DNA of 64,000 bases from an uncultured Holophaga sp. (GTDB taxonomy: Bacteria; Acidobacteriota; Holophagae; Holophagales; Holophagaceae), in the NCBI GenBank assembly GCA_963664825.1, contig OY761614.1, forward strand, positions 1,696,001 through 1,760,000, in the 5' to 3' direction. The position numbers and the translations under genes are program-made. The notes under the pieces are model-generated. The model searched no databases, had not been told where the DNA came from, and saw nothing but the letters and a program-made list of their open reading frames with translations. Positions 53,792 through 62,676 of the stretch are shown piece by piece (position 1 is the stretch's first letter; each line of letters starts with the position of its first letter).

Positions 53792-53825
53792 AAGCCCACC
53801 CTTCGCGGTGGGCTTTTCTTTTTTT
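53792..53825 (+). terminator. Attenuator terminator 2
   Basis: AAGCCCACC-CTTCGC-GGTGGGCTT plus long T tract; competing strand GGGTGG at 53751-53756. Confidence 0.85.
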
Positions 53826-53848
53826 CCCCTTTTTTATCAGGAGATCCC

Positions 53849-55093
53849 ATGAACACTTTCACTCACACGGCCTTGGAGCTGGACGTCCTGGACAAGGAGG
53901 GCCGCTTCGGCGAATTCGGAGGCGCCTACGTGCCTCCGGCTCTCGTGCAGCCCCTTCATGAACTGGCCGAGGCCTTCGATGCCGCGGCCCGCAAGGGGGA
54001 CCTGGCCCAGGAACTTTCAAGCCTGCTCCGGGACTATGCCGGGCGTCCCACGCCCCTCACCGAAGTGCCCGCCTATGCCGCGGCCCTGGGAGGGTGCCGG
54101 ATATTCCTCAAGCGGGAGGATCTGCTCCACACGGGCGCCCACAAGCTGAATAACGCCCTGGGCCAGGCCCTCCTGGCCAAGAGTATGGGCAAGGGCCACG
54201 TGGTGGCCGAGACCGGCGCGGGCCAGCATGGGGTGGCCACGGCCACGGCCGCGGCGCGCCTAGGGTTGCGCTGCACCGTATTCATGGGCGCCGTGGACGC
54301 CGCCCGGCAGCGCCTGAATGTCTTTCGCATGAAGATGCTGGGAGCCGACGTGATCGAGGTGCAGGGCGGGAACCGCACCCTGAAGGATGCCGTGGACGAG
54401 GCCATGGGCTACTACGTGGAACACGCTGCCGACACCTTCTACCTGCTGGGCAGCGCCGTGGGGCCCCATCCGTATCCTTCCATCGTGCGGGAGTTCCAGA
54501 AGATCATCAGCCTGGAGAGCCGCGCCCAGATGCTCCAGCAGGTCGGGGCCCTTCCGGAGGCCGTGGTGGCCTGCGTGGGGGGTGGGAGCAATGCCATCGG
54601 CGCCTTCAACGCCTACCTGGGGGACGAGGATGTTCGCCTCGTGGGCATCGAGGCCGGGGGGCGCAGTTTGGACCCAGGCCAGCACGCCGCTCGCTTCGCC
54701 ACGGGGCGCCCCGGGATCCTCCATGGCATGGCGACGGTGATACTCCTGGATGGCCAGGACCAAGTCCAGCCCACCCATAGCATCTCAGCGGGTCTGGACT
54801 ATCCCGGCGTCGGGCCCCAGCATGCTCAGCTCCGGGCCACCGGTCGCGCGGAATACGGATTTGCCACGGATGCGGAGGCGCTCACCGAATTCCACCGCCT
54901 GGCGCGCCTGGAGGGCATCATCCCCGCCCTGGAATCCAGCCATGCCCTGGCGGGGGCTGCCCAGTTGGCCCAGGAGCTGGAGGGTGAAGCCACGATCCTG
55001 GTCAATCTTAGCGGCCGAGGCGACAAGGACGTGGCCCAGGTGTCAGAGATGGAGGGAGAGCCGATGGGAGATCTTAGGGGGCCCTTCTGCTGA
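53849..55093 (+). CDS. trpB: Tryptophan synthase beta chain (stand-alone, no adjacent trpA)
   Basis: GRFGEFGGAYVP, KREDLLHTGAHKLNN (PLP Lys), AETGAGQHG, VGGGSNA, HSISAGLDYPGVGP, NLSGRGDKD. Confidence 0.96.
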   Translation: MNTFTHTALELDVLDKEGRFGEFGGAYVPPALVQPLHELAEAFDAAARKGDLAQELSSLLRDYAGRPTPLTEVPAYAAALGGCRIFLKREDLLHTGAHKLNNALGQALLAKSMGKGHVVAETGAGQHGVATATAAARLGLRCTVFMGAVDAARQRLNVFRMKMLGADVIEVQGGNRTLKDAVDEAMGYYVEHAADTFYLLGSAVGPHPYPSIVREFQKIISLESRAQMLQQVGALPEAVVACVGGGSNAIGAFNAYLGDEDVRLVGIEAGGRSLDPGQHAARFATGRPGILHGMATVILLDGQDQVQPTHSISAGLDYPGVGPQHAQLRATGRAEYGFATDAEALTEFHRLARLEGIIPALESSHALAGAAQLAQELEGEATILVNLSGRGDKDVAQVSEMEGEPMGDLRGPFC

Positions 55094-55123
55094 AGGCCGG
55101 GTGCGCAATTCTGGAATTCCGCC

Positions 55124-55151
55124 TTGTCTTTCAAGGCTCTTGGGCTAGACT
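55124..55151 (+). promoter_or_regulatory. Candidate rplS promoter
   Basis: TTGTCT-N16-TAGACT. Confidence 0.55.
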
Positions 55152-55232
55152 GGTCGTTCCCCCCGTGTGGGGCTTTTCGTGTGCTATGTCCCCGGCGCCA
55201 GCCGTGCAGGACCGCTAGCCCCAGAGGAAACC

Positions 55233-55598
55233 ATGAACATCATCGACAAACTCGAAGCCGGCCTGCTTCGCCACGACCTGCCCCGCCTCTCCCCCGGCGA
55301 CACCGTGAAGGTGCACGTGAAGGTGCGGGAAGGGGAGAAGGAGCGCATCCAGGTCTTCCAGGGTGTGGTCATCTGCATCAAGGGCGGCGGCATCCGCACC
55401 TCCTTCACCGTTCGCAAGATCTCCAACGGTGTGGGCGTGGAGCGCGTCTTCCCCCTCCACAGCCCCTCCATCGACAAGATGGAAGTGGTCCGGAGCGGCA
55501 AGGTCCGTCGTGCCAAGCTCTACTTCCTGCGGGAGAAGCTCGGCAAGAAGGGGCGCCTGAAGGAAGTCCGTCGCGTCGAGGCCCTCGTCGCCGAGTAG
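55233..55598 (+). CDS. rplS: 50S ribosomal protein L19
   Basis: [51 protein letters not shown]. Confidence 0.98.
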   Translation: MNIIDKLEAGLLRHDLPRLSPGDTVKVHVKVREGEKERIQVFQGVVICIKGGGIRTSFTVRKISNGVGVERVFPLHSPSIDKMEVVRSGKVRRAKLYFLREKLGKKGRLKEVRRVEALVAE

Positions 55599-55608
55599 GC
55601 TTCACACC

Positions 55609-55644
55609 CATGGAAAAGGCGCTCTTCGGAGCGCCTTTTCCATG
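55609..55644 (+). terminator. Intrinsic terminator after rplS
   Basis: CATGGAAAAGGCGCTC-TTCG-GAGCGCCTTTTCCATG. Confidence 0.85.
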
Positions 55645-55709
55645 TACAGATGACATTTCTGTGGCGGGAAGCCGCTAGGCTAGAGCCAACCCTCCACAGG
55701 AGTTTATCC

Positions 55710-56255
55710 ATGAAAGTGACGCGCATCGGATTTCTCACCGCCATTCTGGCCCTCGGGGGCGTGATGGCTTCGGCCCAGGATGTCCAGTTCGGGGCCCAGG
55801 GCGGCCTGAATCTTCCTCTAGGAAATCTGGATTCGGCCGTGGACGGGCGCATCGGCTACACCATCGGCGGCCATGTGGGCCTCTATTACGGCAACGGCCA
55901 CGAGCTGCGCCCCCGGGTGGACTACACCTACTACGCCGGCGGATGGACGCCAGACGGGTCCGGACCTTTCAAGAAGAACACCGTTTCCGCCTGGGGCATG
56001 GGCGCCGACTACATCTACTACACCGAGATGCATCCCCAGGGCTTCTACCTGGTCATGGGCCTGGGCTTTCAGAATTGGACCGTGGACCCCGAGCATGCTT
56101 CCAGCGAGAGCAAGACCTCCCTGTCCCTGGCGGCGGGCGCGGGATATCGCTTCAACCGGAGCTTTTCGGTGGAGGGTCGCTTCACCACCGGCCAGTTCCG
56201 GTCCAATGACGGCCAGGCCAATGCCCTGCAGGTGCTGGCCTCCATCCGGTTCTAA
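55710..56255 (+). CDS. Outer-membrane beta-barrel protein
   Basis: Signal peptide, alternating aromatic beta strands, AGAGYRFN, C-terminal IRF. Confidence 0.8.
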   Translation: MKVTRIGFLTAILALGGVMASAQDVQFGAQGGLNLPLGNLDSAVDGRIGYTIGGHVGLYYGNGHELRPRVDYTYYAGGWTPDGSGPFKKNTVSAWGMGADYIYYTEMHPQGFYLVMGLGFQNWTVDPEHASSESKTSLSLAAGAGYRFNRSFSVEGRFTTGQFRSNDGQANALQVLASIRF

Positions 56256-56262
56256 GGCGCTC

Positions 56263-56303
56263 TACGCAAAGAGACCGCGCCACAAGCGCGGTCTCTTTGC
56301 GTA
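56263..56303. terminator. Bidirectional terminator hairpin
   Basis: TACGCAAAGAGACCGCGC-CACAA-GCGCGGTCTCTTTGCGTA. Confidence 0.8.
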
Positions 56304-56332
56304 CGGTGACGAGGTTTGACGAACTCTAGGGC

Positions 56333-56755
56333 CTAGCCGCTGATGAGCGTCTTCAGGCCTTCGCGGAAGAGGACCTCTACCTTGCGTCCGGCTTTGCGCT
56401 GGATACGGCCCAGGCCGAAACTCGGGTGATCCATCCAGAGGCCTTCGCTCCACACCGTGGCCGGGCTGTAGGGCTGGGCCTTGGCGCCAGCCTGTTCGGA
56501 GATCATCAGTTCCTGGAAGTGGTTGGGGCTGGAGGCCGCCTTGGGCGCCGAGGCCGTGGACAAGCGGGGGGCCCTCGGGGAGGATGCGGCCTTGGGTGCC
56601 TTCTCCGTGCGGAACTTATGCACGGACTTGCAACTCACACAGATGAGCTTTTCGGGGATTCCATCGGTGATGGAGAGGATCCGATGCAGGGTTTCGCCCT
56701 TGCATCGCCCGCAGGGAGCATCGAGATCCATTCCTGCGTAGTAGGACTTCGTCAT
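56333..56755 (-). CDS. Hypothetical protein with zinc-ribbon and Tudor-like C-terminus
   Basis: CGRC..H..CVSC..H and HPSFGLGRI..VEVLF motifs. Confidence 0.65.
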   Translation of the reverse strand: MTKSYYAGMDLDAPCGRCKGETLHRILSITDGIPEKLICVSCKSVHKFRTEKAPKAASSPRAPRLSTASAPKAASSPNHFQELMISEQAGAKAQPYSPATVWSEGLWMDHPSFGLGRIQRKAGRKVEVLFREGLKTLISG

Positions 56756-56916
56756 GACAACAGTCTAGCGCAGGGAGGCGCCGATGGGCAGGCGTGGTAG
56801 CATCCCTGTGTTCCAAACCCTTGAAAAAACGCTTCCAGCAGAAGGTGCATTCCCCGCTTTTGCGAGTATTCCCTCGCCCACCTCGCCACCCCAACCTCAC
56901 TTTTCGGGAGCTCTCC

Positions 56917-57384
56917 ATGAACGAATCCATGCCGCCTCAGGGCTTTGGGCGCTTCACCAAACACATCCTGCTCGGCGCCCTCTTCGGTGGTCTTCTGTCC
57001 GCCATTCCCATCCTCAGCTGCCTCAATTGCCTATTCTGTCTTCTCAATATCGCGGGCATCGTCATCGCCCTTTCGATGTATCTGAAGGCGAACCCCCAGG
57101 ACACGATCAGCAATGCCGAGGCGGCAGGTTTCGGGGCTATCGCAGGGGCTGGAGCCGGTCTCATCGCCAGCCTTCTGGGCTTCCTGGTCAACATGCTCAT
57201 CGGCGGACTGATGGCCTCGCTGATGGCCAATATTCCTGGCGTTGGACGGAACATGATGGCTTCCACCGCTGCGCTGGGCGTGCTCTTCATCCCCATTAAT
57301 GTGATCCTGTACGCCGCCTTCGGTGCCCTGGGGAGCTTCGTCGGTCTGCAGTTGTTCTTCAAGAACAAGATCCGCCGGGCTTGA
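56917..57384 (+). CDS. Hypothetical membrane protein
   Basis: Multiple Gly-rich TM helices, CLNCLFC. Confidence 0.7.
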   Translation: MNESMPPQGFGRFTKHILLGALFGGLLSAIPILSCLNCLFCLLNIAGIVIALSMYLKANPQDTISNAEAAGFGAIAGAGAGLIASLLGFLVNMLIGGLMASLMANIPGVGRNMMASTAALGVLFIPINVILYAAFGALGSFVGLQLFFKNKIRRA

Positions 57385-57836
57385 ACGGACGGATTCGATT
57401 CAGGTTCCCAGTCCTGTTGAGGCTCCTCCTGGCCTTGGCAGGGCTGGCGCCCTGGTTGCTGGTCCTGTTGAAGGAACATGGGTTGCTGTTGAGGCCCGCC
57501 TTCCATACCTTCTGCCACCAGCTTCCCGAGCGGACCCTGGTGCTGATGGGCCATCCGATGGTCGTGTGCAGCCGCTGTGCGGGGATATACGGAGGTATGG
57601 CTCTCGGAGCCCTGGTACCGGCCTCCGGCTTCATCACGCGGCGAGGGCGCCTGCTGCTCCTGCTCAGCCTCGGGTTGATGCTGGTGGATGTTTTGGCGCA
57701 GGATCTGGGGCTCCGGCCTCCCAGTCATTTCGCACGGATCGCGACGGGCCTCTTCCTCGGATGGAGCGCCAGCGCCTACCTGTTCGCCTCGATCCAGGAA
57801 CCGGAAGCACCAGCCTCGTCCTTCAAAGAGGGCTGA
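57381..57836 (+). CDS. DUF2085-like membrane protein
   Basis: FCHQLPERT..VCSRCAGIY.G, RIATG. Confidence 0.8.
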   Translation: MNGRIRFRFPVLLRLLLALAGLAPWLLVLLKEHGLLLRPAFHTFCHQLPERTLVLMGHPMVVCSRCAGIYGGMALGALVPASGFITRRGRLLLLLSLGLMLVDVLAQDLGLRPPSHFARIATGLFLGWSASAYLFASIQEPEAPASSFKEG

Positions 57837-57981
57837 CCAGGCTCGAGTAGGCTGCTTTTCCTGGGGCCTGAGAAAGGGCAGATAGGATGAGGCCCTCTTG
57901 GTTAAGATGCTTTATTCGAAAACTCTGCTGCAACCGACTGAACCTGGATGCCATTAATTTCTTTGACCTAAAGGAGACACC

Positions 57982-58311
57982 ATGTTTTGCCCCAAATGCG
58001 GGAACGAAGTCGCCGACCACGCGGTCGTCTGTGTGAAATGTGGAGGCGCCATCAATTCATCCACCGCCTCGGCTATCAATCCCCCGGCCAATCCGCTTGC
58101 CAAGTCGAGAATGGCCTTCATCCTGCTTGGAATCTTTCTGGGGGGGCTCGGGATTCACAATTTCTATGCGGGTTATACGGGGAAAGCCGTGGCTCAGCTG
58201 CTGATTTCAGTCCTAACGTGCGGTTTTGGAGGAATCATCTCTTGGATCTGGGCGGTGGTAGAGGTCTGCACGATCGAGGTCGATGCCTCTGGCAAACCTT
58301 TTATCAGTTAG
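57982..58311 (+). CDS. Zinc-ribbon + TM2 domain protein
   Basis: MFCPKCG..CVKCG, KSRMAFILLGIFLGGLGIHNFYAG; AAGGAG RBS. Confidence 0.85.
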   Translation: MFCPKCGNEVADHAVVCVKCGGAINSSTASAINPPANPLAKSRMAFILLGIFLGGLGIHNFYAGYTGKAVAQLLISVLTCGFGGIISWIWAVVEVCTIEVDASGKPFIS

Positions 58312-59493
58312 CTCGATTCCCGCGATCTCCCGGGCACCCAAGAAGGCGGCAAGGCGCTCCAGGGCCTCCCTCAATTTTTTCATCCGGATCTTCGTGGGCT
58401 TGATCCCGGGTTCCCACCAGAGCCCCCGCACTTCCAACAGTCCCCGGTCCCGGTGGAACTTGGGATCCAGGCGGCCCACGAGGCGCTTGCCTTCCAGCAG
58501 GGGCATCACGTAGTAGCCAAAGGTGCGCTTGGGTTCGGGCGTGAAAGCCTCGAAGTGGTAGTCGAAGCCAAAGCGGTTCAGGGCTCGGCCACGATCGCGG
58601 AGCACGGGATCAAAGGGACTCAGGAGCCGCAGGGCCTGGGGCGCTTCCGGCAACCGGGCCAGCCGTTCCTCCCAGTCCGCCAGGGCCCAGGCCTTCTGAG
58701 GCCAGGAATCATGTACATGTGCGATATCCACGGGTACCAAGCGGCCCTGCCGACCCGCGTTCTGGCACCAGGCTCGGACCTCCGCGGGACCCAGGGCATT
58801 CCAGAAGGCCGCCAGTTCCCTTGGTGTGAAGATGACCAGTCGCTCCGCCGCGCTGGCGCAGACCCACTCTCGGTGGGCTTCGGGAGCGGGTTCGGGTGAG
58901 GCTGTCGCCTCGGGCAGCACCCGCTCGGTCAGGTCATAGCGCTTGTGGAAGTTCAGCCGCCCGGCAATGGCCAGCTGACCCGTGCGCCAAAGATAATCCA
59001 GGGCGGCCTTCTGGGGTTTCCAGCCCCACCAAGGGCCACGCCTCTCGGGATGGTCGAAGTCCGCGCTGCCGAGGGGGCCTTCTGCGGTGATGCGCTCCAG
59101 CACATGGGCGCAGACCCGTTCGGTCTCGGGGCCCAGCAAATTCTGCCACCAGGCATGGTTCTCGATGCGGGCCCGGTCCCGGGCGAAACGTGGCTTCCAC
59201 TGGGGATACCAGGCCGTGGGGATGAGGGAAGCGTCGTGGGTCCAGCCCTCGAAGAGGGCCCGATCCTCCTCAAGCAAGGCCTCCAGCTGCGGGGGGCGGT
59301 AGCCCTCCAGGCGGCTGAAGAGCGTCAGGTCGTGGGCGCGTCCCACCACATTGATGGTGTCCACCTGCACGAAGCCCAGGCGCTCGATGGTTTCGAGTAG
59401 CTCCTGCTTCGTGGCCCGCCGACGAGGGTCCTCGAGCAACCCTTGGGCTCCTAGGAATAGTTGGGTGGCATCGGATGCGGGGATGGTGGGCAC
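58213..59493 (-). CDS. YcaQ/AlkZ-family (HTH_42) crosslink-repair DNA glycosylase-like protein
   Basis: LGFVQVDTINVV.RAH, WWGWKP.K, LLSPFDP, FEAFTP..KR.FGYYVMP. Confidence 0.85.
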   Translation of the reverse strand: MPTIPASDATQLFLGAQGLLEDPRRRATKQELLETIERLGFVQVDTINVVGRAHDLTLFSRLEGYRPPQLEALLEEDRALFEGWTHDASLIPTAWYPQWKPRFARDRARIENHAWWQNLLGPETERVCAHVLERITAEGPLGSADFDHPERRGPWWGWKPQKAALDYLWRTGQLAIAGRLNFHKRYDLTERVLPEATASPEPAPEAHREWVCASAAERLVIFTPRELAAFWNALGPAEVRAWCQNAGRQGRLVPVDIAHVHDSWPQKAWALADWEERLARLPEAPQALRLLSPFDPVLRDRGRALNRFGFDYHFEAFTPEPKRTFGYYVMPLLEGKRLVGRLDPKFHRDRGLLEVRGLWWEPGIKPTKIRMKKLREALERLAAFLGAREIAGIELTDKRFARGIDLDRADLYHRPDPRDDSSKTAR

Positions 59494-59646
59494 GGGGCAA
59501 TCCCAAGGTGAGGGTTCATCTTCCGCTGATTTTCCTTTCCCTCATCGTTTCGGAAAATCCCATTCCAAGAATTTGTAAAAGGGTGCAGAATCCCCTCACC
59601 CATTCCGGCATCCCATTCATCACCCACTTCAGAGGGAGGTTCTGCC

Positions 59647-60090
59647 ATGGCTACCATGAAGCACATCCTGGAGACGAAGGGCGACACCTTCTGGTTCGTG
59701 GCTCCGGATGCCCAGGTCCTAAGTGCGCTGAAGATGCTCACGGAAAAGCGCATCGGCGTCGTGCTTGTGATGGACGGAGAGAGGCTCTGGGGGGTCTTCT
59801 CCGAGCGGGATTTCGTGCGTTTGGCCATGAAGACGGGCAGCTTCTCGCCAGAGCTGCCCGTGAGCGAGGTGATGACCAGTCCCGTGTTCTGCGTGAAGCT
59901 CGACACCACCGTGGACGAATGTATGGCCCTGATGACAGAAAAACGCATCCGCCACGTCCCCGTCCTGGATGGTTCGATGGTCGTAGGCATCGTCTCCATC
60001 GGCGATGTGGTGAAAGCCCTCGTGGCCGAACGCGAGAGCGTCATCCGAGGCCTGGAGAACTACATCGCCGTGGGGGAATTCCCGACTTAG
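59647..60090 (+). CDS. CBS-pair domain protein
   Basis: GVFSERDFVR, VSEVMT, ECMALMTEKRIRHVPV, SIGDVVK. Confidence 0.9.
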   Translation: MATMKHILETKGDTFWFVAPDAQVLSALKMLTEKRIGVVLVMDGERLWGVFSERDFVRLAMKTGSFSPELPVSEVMTSPVFCVKLDTTVDECMALMTEKRIRHVPVLDGSMVVGIVSIGDVVKALVAERESVIRGLENYIAVGEFPT

Positions 60091-60118
60091 AAATCGGGCT
60101 CTGGCGAGCCCGATTTCT
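60089..60118. terminator. Terminator hairpin between CBS gene and topA
   Basis: AGAAATCGGGCTC-TGGC-GAGCCCGATTTCT. Confidence 0.75.
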
Positions 60119-60174
60119 GTTGGGTAATGATTGTCTCCGCGCCGCGGCTTTTCTAATTTCGTGCTCGCACGAAA

Positions 60175-62646
60175 TTAGCCCATGGGCTCTTCGTGCTTGC
60201 AGGCCGGGCAGAGGAGGACGGTGATGGGGTCCTTGCCCCGGGGCTTGCGGGTCTTCTCGGTCATGTAGTTGGCCTTGCAGGCCGGGCAGCTCATGGGCAC
60301 AGGCTTATCCCAGGCCGTGAAATCGCACTTGGGGTAATTGGTGCAGCCGTAGAAGATCTTGCCGAAGCGGCTCTTGCGGGGGCTGAGGTCGCCGCCGCAC
60401 TTGGGGCAGGGCACGCCCAGGATCTCCTTCTTCACGGTCTTGCACGTGGGGTAGTCCACGCAGCATACGAATTCACCGTAGCGGCCATGGCGCTTCACGT
60501 AGTGCTTGCCGCAGGTGGGGCACTTCTCTTCCAGGGGCACATCGGGGGGCACGGGGATGCCCTTGGGATCGGCCTTCACGATGCCCCGGCAATCGGGATA
60601 GTTGGGGCAGGCCCAGAAGGGACCCCACTGGCCCCTGCGCAGGTTCATGGGGGTCGTGCCGCAGAGGGGGCATTCGGGAGCGTCCTCGGGCTCGTCCAGG
60701 GGTTCGAGCTCCTCCGTGTGATCGCATTCGGGATACTTGGAACATCCCAGGAAGAGGCCGTTCCTCCCATAGCGCTTGAGCATGATGGCCTTGCACTTCT
60801 TGCACAGGATTTCCGTGGGGACGCCGGCCTTAAGGTTGGCCATGTCCTTGCTGGCGCTCTTGAGCAGCATCTCGAAGGGGGTGTAGAAGGTCCTGAGCAT
60901 CTTCCCGTAGGTAATCTCGCCGCCCTCGATGCGGTCCAGCTGATCCTCCATGCCGCTGGTGTAGCGCGGGTCCATGAGCTCGGGGAAGCCCTGCACCAGC
61001 AGATCGGTGACGGCCATGCCGATCTCGGTGGGCTTGAAGCGCCCTTCGATCTTCTTCACGTAATCGCGGTTCTGGATGGTGGCGATGATGCTGGCGTAGG
61101 TGGAGGGGCGTCCGATGCCATCCTCCTCCAGCTCCTTCACCAGGGTGCCTTCCGAGTAGCGCGCCGGGGGCTTGGTGAACTGCTGCTCGGTCTCGAGCGT
61201 CTCAAGCTTCAGGGTCTCGCCCTTCTTGAGATCAGGCAGGCCGACGTTTTCCTCTTCCTCCTCCTCGGAGGCGTCCACCTGTTCGGCGGCGCTCTGGGCG
61301 GTATCGGCGCGGTAGGCCGCGAGCCAGCCGGGGAAGCGTTCGATTTCGCCCTTGGCCTCGAAGAGCGCCACTTCTCCGCTCTCCAGGGCGCTTTCGGCCT
61401 CCACCCGCGTTTCGTCGATGCGGGTGGCCTCCATCTGGCAGGCCACGGTGCGGCGCCAGATGAGGGCGTAGAGGCGGAACTCATCGGGACCCAGGCGGCC
61501 CTGCAGGCTTTCGGGAGTCCTGGCGATATCGGTGGGGCGGATGGCTTCGTGGGCGTCCTGGGCGGCGGCCTTGCCCTTGAATATCTTGGCCTTGGCGGGC
61601 AGATATTCCTTGCCCCACTGCTTCTTGATGTATTCCCGGGCGGCCTCGATGGCCTCGGGGGCCAGTCGGGGCGAATCCGTGCGCATGTAGGTGATGAGGC
61701 CCACCGGGCCCTCGCCGGAATCTACGCCTTCGTAGAGGCGCTGGGCGTTCTGCATGGTGCGCGATACGGAGAAGCGCAGCTTGGCAGCCGCCTCCTGCTG
61801 GAGCTTGGCGGTGGTGAAGGGTGCCGGGGCGTTGCGCAGCTTCTCCTTGGTCTCCAGGGCCGTCACCTTCCACGCGGCCTTCAGGATCTGGTCTCGCAGG
61901 GAGTGGGCCTGTTTCTCGTTCTTGATCCGGGCCTTCGTCTCCTTGTTTCCAAGCTGGAGAACCAGGCCATTGAGTTTCATGAATTTCATCCAGAATTGGG
62001 GCGGCAGCTTGGCTGCGAACTTCCCCCGGAGCACCCAGTATTCGACGGGCTTGAAGGCCTGGATTTCGTGCTCGCGGTCGACGATGAGGCGCAGGGCCAC
62101 GCTCTGGACGCGTCCCGCGGAGAGGCCCCGCTTCACCTTGTCCCAGAGCACCTGGCTCACCTTGTAGCCCACGATGCGGTCCAGCACCCGGCGGGCCCGT
62201 TGGGCGTCCACCAATTGCCGGTTCAGTTCCGTGGGGGAGGCCATGGCCTTCTGAATGCCGTTTTGCGTGATCTCATTGAAGAGGACGCGGGTCACCTTCA
62301 GGCCCTTGGGGGGTTTGATGGCCTCCAGCAGATGCCAGCTGATGGCCTCCCCTTCGCGGTCAGGGTCAGTTGCCAGGATCAGTTCTTCGACCCCTTTGGC
62401 CGCGGCCCTGAGGCCCGTCACCACCTTGGCCTTGGCGGCCGGGATCTCGTAGATCTCCTGAAACGCCTCGGCCACATTGATGACGGGCACCTTCTTGCCG
62501 CCGATCTCTACGGCCTCCTTGGTGGGCAGATCCCGGATATGGCCCACGCTCGCCATGACCTTGTAGCCCTTGCCAAGGTATTTAGTGATGGTCTTGGCCT
62601 TCGAAGGGCTTTCGACGATGACGAGCTTGGTCACGGTTCTCTCCAA
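60175..62646 (-). CDS. topA: DNA topoisomerase I
   Basis: IVESPSKAK, ATDPDREGEAI, SAGRVQS, ITYMRTDS, QDAHEAIRPT, C-terminal C4 zinc ribbons. Confidence 0.97.
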   Translation of the reverse strand: MERTVTKLVIVESPSKAKTITKYLGKGYKVMASVGHIRDLPTKEAVEIGGKKVPVINVAEAFQEIYEIPAAKAKVVTGLRAAAKGVEELILATDPDREGEAISWHLLEAIKPPKGLKVTRVLFNEITQNGIQKAMASPTELNRQLVDAQRARRVLDRIVGYKVSQVLWDKVKRGLSAGRVQSVALRLIVDREHEIQAFKPVEYWVLRGKFAAKLPPQFWMKFMKLNGLVLQLGNKETKARIKNEKQAHSLRDQILKAAWKVTALETKEKLRNAPAPFTTAKLQQEAAAKLRFSVSRTMQNAQRLYEGVDSGEGPVGLITYMRTDSPRLAPEAIEAAREYIKKQWGKEYLPAKAKIFKGKAAAQDAHEAIRPTDIARTPESLQGRLGPDEFRLYALIWRRTVACQMEATRIDETRVEAESALESGEVALFEAKGEIERFPGWLAAYRADTAQSAAEQVDASEEEEEENVGLPDLKKGETLKLETLETEQQFTKPPARYSEGTLVKELEEDGIGRPSTYASIIATIQNRDYVKKIEGRFKPTEIGMAVTDLLVQGFPELMDPRYTSGMEDQLDRIEGGEITYGKMLRTFYTPFEMLLKSASKDMANLKAGVPTEILCKKCKAIMLKRYGRNGLFLGCSKYPECDHTEELEPLDEPEDAPECPLCGTTPMNLRRGQWGPFWACPNYPDCRGIVKADPKGIPVPPDVPLEEKCPTCGKHYVKRHGRYGEFVCCVDYPTCKTVKKEILGVPCPKCGGDLSPRKSRFGKIFYGCTNYPKCDFTAWDKPVPMSCPACKANYMTEKTRKPRGKDPITVLLCPACKHEEPMG

Positions 62647-62676
62647 ATCGCTTAAATGTGGATCATCGCACGAGCG

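Noticed and set aside
60193..62655. 820-aa ORF antisense to topA (likewise 2574-4079 opposite gpmI and 35740-37557 opposite cheA)
   Set aside because: Codon-register mirror of well-conserved genes, expected at high GC3.
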